Shown in pieces: positions 39,890-51,775 of a DNA stretch of 64,000 bases. Source of the stretch: the human T2T-CHM13v2.0 reference genome, Homo sapiens; NCBI RefSeq assembly GCF_009914755.1, contig NC_060926.1, one strand, 5' to 3'. The position numbers and the translations under genes are program-made. Each line of letters starts with the position of its first letter. Position 1 is the first letter of the stretch. Under the pieces are notes generated by a model. That model saw nothing but the letters and a program-made list of their open reading frames with translations, had not been told where the DNA came from and searched no databases.

Positions 39890-40363
39890 ATGATGGCTAT
39901 GCTCCCTTGGCCCCTTCCCCCATACATTCTCTCTGACCTTTTCCACCCCGCCCTGAGCCTGGGAAGCTGAGCACTACTAACCCATCCCCTGGCCTCTCAG
40001 CCCTCTGGCTTAGGGTTGGGTTGAGCCTCAGCTGGTTGGAGGCACCTGCAGGAGACCTTCAGGAGGGAGGAAAGAAAGACTAGGCATTTACTCCTCACCT
40101 CCTGCTCAACACTGCACCCTGGTAGTTACAGCTCCTGTCGGGGACCTCTGCCAGGGCTCCAGGGTAGCTCCCTCCACCAGTAACACTATTCCCTGCCCTG
40201 CCCCTCAGCCCTAGGTGGTAACTGCTTCCTGCTGGTGTTAGTCCCTGAGCATATTCCCTTACCTTTGCCAAGAGAGCTTTCAAAAAAGTCCTTTCCATGA
40301 AAGTCCCCTCAGTCACACCCACTGCCTGCAACAGCTGTTTCCTACAGGTATCCCACTGGCACA
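39890..40363 (+). mobile_element. LTR33-like ERVL LTR
   Basis: CCCTCAGCCCTAGGTGGTAACTGCTTCCTGCTG and 3' end CTGTTTCCTACAGGTATCCCACTGGCACA. Confidence 0.65.
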
Positions 40364-40368
40364 ACTCT

Positions 40369-40545
40369 TCACTAGCTATATAACATTGAGCAAGTCATTT
40401 CACCTCTCTGAGCCTCAGCCCCTGACCCGTGGGAAGGGAACCACGGCACCCACCTCCCAGCGGGCTGGGCTGGGCGAATTAGGTGGGACAGTGTGCGTCA
40501 AGCGGAGAGCAGGGTGCCTGGTAAGGGCGTTCTCGGTGAGTCTGC
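40369..40545 (+). mobile_element. MIR SINE, unusually GC/CpG-rich
   Basis: GAGCAAGTCATTTCACCTCTCTGAGCCTCAG core followed by a GC-shifted 3' half. Confidence 0.8.
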
Positions 40546-41569
40546 TTTCATTGCAGGCAGGTGCTGGGCTCTGAGAACAGGCTGCTCTGCAGTTTATTCT
40601 TAGTAAACACACCTAGGACATCCTTTGATCATCAGGGTCAGAATCATCTAGGGAAGGTCTTTGGGTGGACTAAGGACTCCAAGACCTCTGCCCACAGAAG
40701 CACTCAGCAGTCAGTGGGCCACTCCCCAGAAGAAGAAAGGAAGACGTCAGGTTGACCTCAGGAGAGAGAGAGAAGCCATGTGGGCTCAGGGCACTAGATG
40801 GTACTGCTAGATTTACTCATTTACCTCCTTTTCCACTCTGGCCAAGAATCCCCACATCTGGCACATGCACAGACCTTTCATACACAACGTCCCATGACAT
40901 CTCCACAACATTATAATGTGGGCCTTATTACACTACTTATTTTTTTTGGATGAGACAAAGTTCGGAGACATTAAGAGAATTGTCCAAAGTCAATTATCTG
41001 CCAAATACGAGAACCAGGCTGAGTTCTCAAGTTTTCTAAGCAATATCTCAAATTCTTTTTCAATAGAAGATGTAAGATAGCAGATACAAATGGCTCAACC
41101 AAAACCCTGCCCTTCAGTAGTTTTAGGCTAGAGAGGCCCTTCCACTGAGAAACAGAAAAGGCATTGAAGAGATACGGTCATCTGCCTACCAGCCATTGAG
41201 TGTCTGTGGTTTCAATGTGTAATTTAGTGAAAATAATTTCAGTAAAAAGCACACAGATAAAAGAAACATCTGTTTAAGCACAAGTTGGAGGGTTGAAAAG
41301 CTGAACCCCCTGATTTCCCAAGGGACAATATTTCTTAAGCCTTGGTTTTATAGGGAAAAGTAAGCCAGTCTTGTGGCTCTACCCTCCTTGCCCATTTGTC
41401 ATTAATGAAAAAACAGTATTAGTTCTCCTTGAATTAAGAACAGAAATCACAGCCCATTTCTATTTCTAATAGAAATAGTCAATGCTTTATGTATCCATCC
41501 TAAACTGTTACTTATCCTGAATAAATACTCTCAGGAATTCAATTTGATATCAAATATATGGCTAATGAA

Positions 41570-42096
41570 CACTATGATCTGAACATCTGTGTCCCCCTAA
41601 AATTCATATATAGAAATCCTAACCCCCAAAGAGATGGTACGAGGAGGTGGGGCCTTAGGTCATGGGGGAGGAACCTTATGAATGAGATTAGTGCCCTTAT
41701 AAGAGAGGCCCAAGAGAGCTGGGCATGGTGGCACATGCCTTGAGTCCCAGCTACTTGAGAGGCTGAGCAGGAGGATTGCTTGAGCCCAGGAGTTTGAGGC
41801 TACAGTGAGCCATGATTGTGCCACTGCACTCCAGCCTAGGCAACAGAGCAAGACACTGTATTTAAAAAAATTAAAAATAAAAATGATAAAGAGGCCCAAG
41901 AGAGGCCCCTCACCCCTTCTGCCATGTGAAGACACAGCAAGAAGGCTCTGTGTATGAGCCAGAAAGCAGGTCCTCACCGGACACTGACTGCTTGATCTTG
42001 GACTTCCCAGCCTTCATAACTGTGAGCAGTACTTCTGCTGTTTAGAACCCACCTAGTTTACACATTTTGTTATAGCAGTCCAAGCAGACTAAAACA
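41570..42096 (+). mobile_element. MLT1A-like MaLR LTR interrupted by an Alu monomer
   Basis: TGTGTCCCCCTAAAATTCATAT...ATTAGTGCCCTTATAA...TTTGTTATAGCAG...GACTAAAACA. Confidence 0.9.
41718..41889 (+). mobile_element. Alu right monomer (FRAM / AluJ right arm)
   Basis: Single arm with A-rich tail; perfect TSD AGAGGCCCAAGAGAG (41704-41718 / 41890-41904). Confidence 0.9.
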
Positions 42097-43670
42097 ATGC
42101 CAAATTATATTTCCCCTACTCTTTCAATGGGAATTCCCAACTCTCCTTGAATGTTTAGTATTTACACCATCTCAATCCCTTTCCGCTCCCTGCACTAGAT
42201 ACATTTCACAGTCATTAATTCCTATAATCAGCTGAGAGGAAGAAAGATGTTATTAGCTGTACTCGACAGGTGAAGAGACCAAAGGCAGGAAGGTTGCATA
42301 GCCTGCCCAGGGTGAGGAGGAAACCAGTACCCCAGCCAGGACCGGAACCAAGGAGGTCCCAGGTCATGGTTTTCTCTGCCAGGCTGAGCAGAATCTATTG
42401 TGACCATTCAGTTTTCCAGACTATCTCCACCCAAAAGGAACAAGTCACTGTGGTCTCCACTTTGCCAAAAATCCACATAAGATCCCTGGACACACACAAG
42501 CCTACCACCAAGGACTTTCTTCAGAACAAGCCCTATTTAACTTAAACAGGGCCAATGTCCCACTCCTGCCACAGGGAAAATCCTTCAGCGGAGGGAAAGA
42601 ACTGATTATACACTCCTAAGCTTAATAGGGGAAGGCAATTCCATTCTGAATAGACTGAATCAGCCTTCACAGACCATGGGGAACCTGTTCATAAAACATT
42701 TGCTAACCATTAACTACAGTCCTGCTAATAAATGCTGTAATAGCAGCTCCTCAGAACTGTGCCCCGCCAGTCTAGCTGCACCTTTAATCGGCTAGCGGCT
42801 GTCAACATGACACCAGGGGCCCAGCCATGGTGCAGCTGGGGTGATGTGTTTAAATTAAACAGCTCTATCAGTTCCGGTGCTTGGGGCCCAGCAGGTCACC
42901 TCTCTCCAAGGGAAGCCAGTGAGGGGCCCGAAGACAGCCAATTCTGCAGAACCACCTGGCTCTCTTTTGCATTGTCCTTCATCTTGCCAGTGCTCCACCC
43001 AGCCAGGACTTTTCTAGGGAAGCCCCAGGACACAGCAGTGTGATGGGCTTCTATGGCCACAGGACTGACGGAGGCTGCTTTCTGATTGGCACACTTTCTT
43101 CCTAGGAGGCTTTGAACAGAAGGCAGGACTTCCTCTAGTTCTTCCTTCTGCATTCCTGATCTTCCCTTCTCTTTCCTTTTTCATTGTTGGTGTTTCTCTT
43201 CTGCCATTCAAGTGATCCCTGGATCATCCAGCCACAGCCAGGCAGTCAGCTACCACCCATGAACCTGGCCTTCTTCCTGAGCTCAACCCCTTACCAGACA
43301 TCCCATTTGGATGACCTATAGATGCCTCAAACTCAACTCATCTACAACCTCATCTCCACCTCCCATAACCAAGGTGCTCATTCTCCACCCAACTCCAATT
43401 TCAACAGCAAGCAAGTTCCTGTCTCCATCCAGCTTCTCAAACCAGAAATATGGCCTCTTCCTTAATTTCTCTTTCTCGACCATCAAATCTGTTATAGGTT
43501 TATTAATTTTACTTCCAAAATCTCTGGCATTCACCCCCTCTTCCTCTCTCTCATTTAAAATAAAATCATGCCACCACAGTCTGGCTTCCCACGATCACTC
43601 CCAAAGACAACTGAGCCCCCTTTTTCCTCACTCCAACATGCAGTCTCAAAAATACTATCAGAGTGATCTT

Positions 43671-43726
43671 CCTAAAACCAAACAATGACCATAAATTTCC
43701 TAAAACTGAACAATGACCATAAATTT
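43671..43726. repeat. 28-bp tandem duplication in L2-derived sequence
   Basis: CCTAAAAC(CA/TG)AACAATGACCATAAATTT x2, 26/28 identical. Confidence 0.95.
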
Positions 43727-44169
43727 TGTGGAAACAAACTCATCATCCTGTAGCTCATATGCCCTTTCCCACTTGGTCTCCAAACTCTCTGACCACTATC
43801 ACCTCCAGGTACTTTCCCTAAGAAACCTGATACTCCAAGTACCCCCAGACCACTGTGCAACCTCAAGAAAAAAGGTAGGCTCAGCAATGCCTGCAAGTGT
43901 TGGCTCATGCTATTTCCCCTGCCGAGTATGTTCTTTCCATTATTCCTCATCCTTTAAACTTAGTTCCTTGCCCTTTTCAGAATAAAGTCCTTGCAGTCTA
44001 TCCTCCACCTGCTGAGAACTCATTACCACATCTTATAACCCTCCCATCCTCCCCCAGGTGCCTACTGCTACCATGAGCACTGAATAACCCTTGAAGACAG
44101 GATCACAGTTTACATGTATTCATACCCCGGCATTTAATATAGTGCCTAAAACAGTTTCAATAAATTCTT

Positions 44170-46033
44170 TTTGTTGTGGTTGTTGTTTTTGGAATCAAGT
44201 CATACTAATTTTTTTTATTTTACTTTAAGTTCTGGGATACATGTGCAGAGCGTGCAAGTTTGTTACATAGGTATACATGTGCCATGGTGGTTTGCTGCAC
44301 CTATTAACCCATCATCTAAGTTTTAAGCACCGCATGCATTAGGTATTTGTCCTAATGCTCTCCCTCCCTTTGACCCCCACCTCCCGACAGACCCCAGTGT
44401 GTGATGTTCCCCTCCCTGTGTCCACGTGTTCTCATTTTTCAACTCCCACTTATGACTGAGAACATGTGGTGTTTGGTTTTCTGTTCCTGTTAGTTTACTG
44501 AGAATGATGGTTTCCAGCTTCATCAATGTTCTTACAAAGAACATGAGCTTATTCTTTTTTATGGCTTCATAGTATTCCATGGCGTATATGTGCCACATTT
44601 TCTTTATCCAGTCTATCATTGATGGGCATTTGGGTTGGTTCCAAGTCTTTGCTATTGCAAATAGTGCTGCAGTAAACATACATGTGCATGTGTCTTTATA
44701 GTAGAATGATTTATAATCTTTTGGGTATATACCCAGTAAAGGGATTGCTGGGTCAAATGGTATTTCTATTTCTAGATCCTTGAGGAATCGTCACACTGTC
44801 TTCCACAATGGTTGAACTAATTTCCACTCCCATCAACAGTGTAAAAGTGTTCCTATTTCTCCACATCCTCTCCAGTATCTGTTGTTTCATGACTTTTTAA
44901 TGATTGCCATTCTAACTGGAATGAGATGGTATCTCATGGTGGTTTTGATTTGCATTTCTTTAATGACCAGTGATGATGAGCTTTTTTTCATTTGTTTGTT
45001 GGCCACATAAATGTCTTTTGCTGAGAAGTGTCTGTTCATATTCTTCACCCACTTTTTGATAGGGTTGTTTGGTTTTACTCTTGTAAATTTGCTTACGTTC
45101 CTTGTAGATTCTGGATATTAGACCTTTGTCAGATGGATAGATTGAAAAAATTTTCTCCCATTCTGTAGGTTGTCTGTTCACTCTGATGATAGTTTCTTTT
45201 GCTGTGCAGAAGCTCTTTAGGATTAGATCCATTTGTTAATTTTGGCTTTTGTTGCAATTGCTTTTGGTGTTTTAGTCATGAAGTCTTTGCCCATGCCTAT
45301 GTCCTGAATGGTATTGCCTAGATTTTCTTCTAGGGTTTTTATGGTTTTAGGTTTCATGTTTAAGTCTTTAATCCACCTTGAGTTAATTTTTGTATAAGGT
45401 GTAAGGAAGGGGTCCAGTTTCTGTTTTCTGCATATGGCTAACCAGTTTTCCCAGCACCATTTATCAAATAGGGAATCCTTTCCCCTTTGCTTGTTTTTGT
45501 CAGGTTTGTCAAACATCAGATGGTTGTGGATGTGTGGTGTTATTTACGTGGCCTCTATTCTGTTCCATTGGTCTATATATTTGTTTTGGTGCCGGTACCA
45601 TGCTGATTTGGTTACTGTAATCTTGTAGTATAGTTTGAAGTCAGGTAGTGTGACGCCTCCAGCTTTGTACTTTTTGCTTAGGATTGATTTGGCTATATGG
45701 GCTCCTTTTTGGTTCCATATGAAATGTAAAGTAGTTTTTTCTAATTCTGTGAAGAAAATCAATAGTAGCTTGATGGGAATTGCATTGAATCTATTAATTA
45801 CTTTGGGCAGTATGGCCACTTTCACGATATTGATTCTTCCTATCTATGAGCATGGAATGTTTTTCCGTTTGTTTGTTTCCTCTTATTTCCTTGAGCAGTG
45901 GTTTGTAGTTCTCCTTGAAGAGGTCCTTAATGTCCCTTGTAAGTTGTATTCCGAGGTATTCTATTCTCTTTGTAGCAATTCTGAATGGGAGTTCACTCAT
46001 GATTTGGCTCTCTGCTTGTCTATTATTCGTGTA
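44170..46033 (-). mobile_element. 5'-truncated L1PA7/8-like (about 1.86 kb)
   Basis: Broken ORF2 frames ([47 protein letters not shown]); 3'UTR GCATGCATTAGGTATTTGTCCTAATGC; perfect 17-bp TSD AGTTTCAATAAATTCTT (44153-44169 / 46034-46050). Confidence 0.95.
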
Positions 46034-47454
46034 AGTTTCAATAAATTCTTGAAAATGAATTGCATTTCTCCCTGGTAGTACCTAGGTATATAATTTTGCC
46101 TGGATGGAAAAGATTTGAGAAGGCAGCCCTACAGAGGGGACTTCCAAATAAGGATTTGATTCTCATTTCATCCTGTTGGGCAGAGAGTTTGCTTTTGCAG
46201 ATGGCAAAGAAGGAGAGACAGCAAGGCTCATGTTTGGCTCCAAGAGCATGCAGAGTAGACATCACATCTAGACTGGTGGCTATTGGCTCTCTCTCCCAGA
46301 CAAGCTGCTGCAAATGCTTGATTTGAGTAGGGATAGAGACTGAAATTCAACTGGGTATAAATCTGCTATTGTGTTCCTACTGTGTGCAGGCACACAACTT
46401 AAATGTAAAAGAATGTCTCTGCCCACGCAGCTGTCACTGGCTCCCAGGAAAGTCCAGTCACAGACACAAAACTGAGGAGAATAATATAAGATGGTAAATT
46501 TTTAAAATATTAGATCTAGAAACTGCCTTCCAGTCAACTATCCCAGTGCTTTCCAGACCTCCCTCAGAGGCCTGGAGTCTGTGGTTGTGTTGTCCCAAAC
46601 CCTGTCCCCGAAAACCAAAGGAACTCCACTTTTACCCAGTTCATATCTGGGGACTAAATTTAACTAAAGGGACTCCACTGGAGGAAACATTTGAAAATGA
46701 ACATCTATTCTAATTCCCTTAGATTATTCCATTTATAGAATACCCAAGAGTGGATGTTCACAGGCCAAAATATACAACACAAATATATCGCTGATTTCGG
46801 CTGGGCTGGCAGAAGTGAGATCATCCTATTGGATCTCGCCAGACACAAGTGCACCTGAGATAGACAACAGTCATAGCTCACCATCCAAACACCACTACCT
46901 GACATTGCTTCTCGGAAATGGCTCTGCTCTCAATAAATCCAATAGGGGAAGGTGAAGGGGACTGGGGAAGAAGGAGTAAGTATATTTTAAAACTACATAG
47001 CCAGGTCTTCTCCTGGGAATAACTTTCCCATTGTCTGTATTGATCTCCAGAATAAACAAAGATGAGAAGGGAAAGAGTGGTAAAAAAAACTCTTCGCACG
47101 TTTAAAGTGATTTGTCTCCTCCCTCCTTGCTGGCAGATGAAGCGCTCACACTTTCAGGCTGGCTGAGCTTCTCCTTGGGTGATGAAAAGTGGGGGAGATG
47201 GAGGAGTGGCCAGAAGCAGGCCCCAAACTGGTCTCTTCTCTCCAGATCAGCCCAGAAGACCTCCCAGCTCTGTTCACCCACAGAATATACAGCCCAGATA
47301 TCCATCTTGGTCCTTTATTGTCTACTCATTGGTTTTATTATTTTAAATATTATGTGGATGCTTGAGGTCTCCAGAGCCCTGAGGGCAAAGGTGATGTCTG
47401 ATGTTTCACACTCTTGCCTCAAGCCTCCCGCTTCCTCACTCCTGCTCTACTGAG

Positions 47455-47665
47455 GGCTGAGATGATGGTGGAAAAAGCACTCCTGTGGGTCTGTCCCAGT
47501 CCCTCCACTGATGGAACAGTGATGTGAACTTGGACAAGTCAGTAGCGCTCTCAGAGATCCATTTTCTGCATCAGAAAAACGGGGAGAATACCTTTCAGGA
47601 AAGTGGTAAGAATTAAGGCAAATTAAATGCTACAGGTACAGCACGCAGCTTAGTGCCTGGCAAAG
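47455..47665 (+). mobile_element. MIR SINE
   Basis: GTGGAAAAAGCACT...GTGAACTTGGACAAGTCA...AGTGCCTGGCA. Confidence 0.65.
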
Positions 47666-48084
47666 ATGAGCAGACAAGATCATGAGCAGATGGCATCATG
47701 CTGGGGAGGGGAGTCAGGGCCAGCAAGAGGCCAGGAGGAGGGCCTTGGAATGGGCAGATGCTGCTGCTGCACACCTTCCTGCCTGGTCAACTTGATGATG
47801 GTCCGGCAGGGCCTCAGATTTGCAGACTGTATTGAAAAAGTTATGTGTGACTTGAAGCACTATGGAAGGCATCACATTCAAATCGTGCTGGGGAGCCTCT
47901 GACCTTGAGATAGACCATAACTAACCCTCCTACAAATCCCTCCTGCCGGGTGTCTGAGGAGAATGAAGAGCCCAGCAGAAGTCAAGAGGCAGACCTGGGT
48001 TTGAGTTCCAGCTCAGAATATATTCATGCCTTGTGACTTACCTAAGTATCCCCCAGAGACCATCCAAAAACTTAACCCATGGGA

Positions 48085-48260
48085 AGACAGTAGGGCACAG
48101 TAACAAGAGTACAGGCCTTCGAGTCAGGATTCCAATCCCCGCCCCACCCTCTTCCTACCTGTGTGACCTAGAGCAAGTGGCTCAACTTCTCTGATTCTTA
48201 CCTTACCTCGCCTACAGGGCTGATATGTGAGAGAGATGAGATCATAGCTGTAGGTGCCCA
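48085..48260 (+). mobile_element. MIR SINE
   Basis: CCTACCTGTGTGACCTAGAGCAAGTGGCTCAACTTCTCTGA. Confidence 0.65.
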
Positions 48261-48558
48261 GAGGAGGAGGCATACATGACAGGGCCCTTTTTCATGGCCC
48301 TGTTGCCCCTTTCCATCCCATGGAGGTTACATTCTGAGTGTGCTTGCTGTTCCATGCTTTGCATCGGCTCCTCAGCTGAGCTGGTTGTAGGCCCCCCCAG
48401 AGGCCAGGGCATTACCATTAAGGGAGACCGATGAAGAATTCCTAGCAGCCTCCCAGCTGTAGAGCACCCAGGTGCCTGTCAGAAGCCAGAGGAGTGAGGC
48501 TGGGCCTCGACAGGGCCATTACTCACCCACACCACCGGAGACTCCAGCAGCTGCGAAA

Positions 48559-48587
48559 GGGTGCGGGGGCGGGGGGCGGGGGGGTGG
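48559..48587 (+). promoter_or_regulatory. G-quadruplex motif overlapping GC-box (SP/KLF) and EGR consensus sites
   Basis: GGG-TGC-GGGGG-C-GGGGGG-C-GGGGGGG; GCGGGGGCG at 48563-48571; motif only, function unproven. Confidence 0.4.
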
Positions 48588-50362
48588 TGTCCAGCCATCT
48601 TTAAGGGTCTGGGTTTGCTCGTGAAAAAGAAACAAGGGGCTTATTTATGTCACTCAGGCCCAGTGAGCAGGGAGGGGCCGTGCAGGGAAGCCTTTAATGA
48701 GCACTCTTCCCTCAGAAATGCTGACAGGAGTTGGACACGAAGTACATCTCGGCCAAAACATCATCATCCCCAGGATCCCAGTGGAAAGATAAACCTGACT
48801 GCAAATATTGGTTTCTGTGAAGAGCCGGAGCACAGAGCAGGCAGCCCCCAGGGCTCAGCTGCAGGTGCACAGAGATGCCCGCCCAGGCCAACACTGCCAC
48901 CACTGAGAGCACCCCCCACCCCCCACCAAGGCCAGCCTGCTCCCACGGTGCCACACAATGCCAGCCTCCTGAGCTGGGCTGCCCTCCAGAAACAGAAAGG
49001 AGAAATCTAGTCACATAGAAAGCTGCCCAGGCTGTGGAAAATGCAATTTCCAGACCCAGCCAAGCTGGGAAAGGGGCAGGCTGCTGCACACCCACCTACC
49101 TCACCCCGACATTGCCCAGGGGCCTGGACATCAGCCTTTCCCTACCCTCTGTAACACCAGTGACACAGTGGGACCAGGACAGCCTTCCTCAGCCAAAAGT
49201 CTCCTTTTCCTTCCCCCAGCAGTCTTGGCATCATCATCCCTCAGTGACCATAGTATCTGCCCTGCCATTACCTCCCGCCAGCCCAGGGTCCTCTCTCCCC
49301 ATCACCCAGCCTCCCTGGCCTTGGTCCCCTTATTTGTCACATAGGCAAGGGCAGGGGGCCAAACAGGAGATTCCCATAGTCAGTCTCAGTGCTCTGTGCT
49401 GCAGAGAGGAATGGCAGCAGGAACCTCTGAACTTCCAGCCATGCAGTGAGCCCAGGAGCAAGGGGTCCATGTCCCCACGGGGGCCAAAGAGAAGATGAGT
49501 GCCCCTCGTTACCCTAGAGAAGCCCTGAGAGTCTGGGAATGCCGTGCTGAGTGCAGAGGCACAGGGGTCACCGAGAGACTCAGGCTGTCTTCACGACATC
49601 CCCGGACTTTGCAGACTTTGAGCATCCTCTTCTGAGCCGGTTTTGTGCCGGCAGAGGGTGCACTCACTCAGGAAAGCAGGGTCTGCTCAGGACATTAGGT
49701 CTGCTGTAAAATAGGGTCCCTGGCTCTGCCCATGGTAGCTCCATGACTGAGGTGGCTTTCCATGCCTCAGTTTACCCAGTTTCAAAGACAGGAGAGCCTA
49801 CCCCTCTAGCAGAGGGAGGACTTAAGAGTTGGAGCCAACTTGCACAGCAAAAATAAACCTCTGTCACTTCCATACAGCGCTCTGCTTCTACCACTATCAG
49901 CTCACTTAATTTTCATTAAAATGTTATAAAATGGGCATGTCTCACCCCATTTTCCAGACAAGGATTAAGGCTCAGAAGGGCTCAGGGACTTAAGTCACTC
50001 AGTGGCTAAGGCGAGTCAGGTAGTCTGGGCATGCACACCGTTACTCCTCCTGTGACCTACAGTCTTGGGGAGGAGCAGGCAGGAAGGCTGGGGACTTGGG
50101 CCCCTCATTCTGGAACCTGCTCTTCCTTCGTGTGGGCCTTGACTCTCTTTCTCTGTACCTGAAACAAAGCTCAGGAGCCACCCCTTCCTCCTGCCTCAAG
50201 ACAGACTCTTATCCTTTCCCCAAGCCCTGCCCAGAAAGGGATTCCAAGTCCACTCCCAAAACTGGAAACTCTGGTCAGAACCCTGGAGCCCAGACCAGCA
50301 GACCCCTATGTTCCAGTTGCTTCTGAGAGAAGGCAGCTGTAGACTTAAAAAGGTCCATAATT

Positions 50363-50666
50363 GGCTGGGTGCAATGGTTCACATCTGTAATCCCAGCACT
50401 TTGGGAGGCCAAGGCAGGTGGATCACTTGGGGCCAGGAGTTTGAGACCAGCGTGGCCAACATGGCGAAACCCCGTCTCTACTAAAAATACAAAAATTAGC
50501 CACGTGGGGTGGTACACGCCTGTAATCCCAGCTATTCAGGAGGCTGAGGCACCAGAATAGCTTGAACCCAGCAGGCGAAGGTTGCAGTGAGCCCAGATTG
50601 CGCCACTGCACTCCAGAGATCACGCCACTCTACTCCAGCTGGGTGACAAAGCAAGACCCCGTCTCA

Positions 50667-50694
<28 letters not shown>
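50363..50694 (+). mobile_element. Alu (Sz/Jb-like) with a 22-bp internal duplication
   Basis: Two-arm Alu with poly(A); TSD AAAGGTCCATAA (50349-50360 / 50695-50706). Confidence 0.95.
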
Positions 50695-50697
<3 letters not shown>

Positions 50698-50884
50698 GGT
50701 CCATAACTAATAGCAAATGCATTTTGAATAGTGCAGAGCTACTCCTGTTCTACCTCCCCCTGCAAAGAAGCCACACTAGAGACAGTTCTGGGATAACCTT
50801 TCTGAACAGAGCAGCTCACCACTGCCCCGTGCAGACAGGGCAACAATGGGGCCCCTAGGTGTTTAAGATGAGGCTGGAGGACTA

Positions 50885-51348
50885 ATAATAAAGCAGAAAC
50901 AAAACAAATGTCCCTCAGCTGATGAATGGGTAAACAAAGCCAGCATATCCATACAATGGAATAATATTTGCTAATAAAAAGGAAGAAAGTACTGGCACGT
51001 GCTACAGCACAGATGAACCTTGAGAACATCATGGTAAATGAAAGAGGCCAGCCGCAAGAGGCCACGTATTGTATGATTCTATTTATATGAAATGTCCAGA
51101 ATAGGCAAATGTGTGGAGACAGAAAGCAGATTAGTGGATTAGTGGTCACCTGGAGCGGGGTGGGGCATGGGAATTGAATGCTAATGGTGCAGGGTTTCTT
51201 TTGGAGGTCAAAGATGTTCTAAAATTAGATTATGTGCTTGTTGTATAACCCTGAGAATACACTAAAACCATTGATCTTTACTTGTCATATGGGTAGACTG
51301 TATGGTATGTAGATTATATCTCAAAAAAGCTATTTTAAAAAATAAAAA
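50885..51348 (+). mobile_element. L1MB-type 3' end
   Basis: TATTGTATGATTCTATTTATATGAAATGTCCAGAATAGGCAAAT...ATTATATCTCAAAAAAGCT. Confidence 0.85.
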
Positions 51349-51529
51349 GATGGGATCGCCACCTTTATCTTTCTTCTATAGAGAGGGACAGGGAGGAAGC
51401 TAAGATCTCAGGAACAGCATTAAACATTCTAGTTATTTACCACAAGGCCACTTAAGGAAGGTGACATTCTGTGTTTGTGAGAGTGTACTTGTGTACACAC
51501 AGGTTAGACAGTCTGAATCTGCCCTCTAA

Positions 51530-51775
51530 TCGCTGTATTTATCATTTATTGCATCCCTGTTACGTAGTAAGCACTTTGCTTGTATTTCCCCAGTTATTCT
51601 TCACAATAGCCCTAGGAAGGAAACACTGTTATAATCCCCATTTTACAAATGAAGAAATGGAGTCTCTGAGAGGTTGAATGAATGTGATACTTTACCCAGG
51701 GATGGGCAGACCCTGAGTGCCGGCACCCTGGGATTTAAACACATGCAGTCTGTCTCCAGCCTTCCCTTTTAACCC
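51530..51775 (-). mobile_element. MIR SINE
   Basis: AATCCCCATTTTACAAATGAAGAAATGGAGTCTCTGAGAGGTT. Confidence 0.75.

Noticed and set aside
44323-46000. L1 ORF2 peptide matches as an active retrotransposon
   Set aside because: Split across several frames, 5'-truncated, no promoter or ORF1; a dead copy
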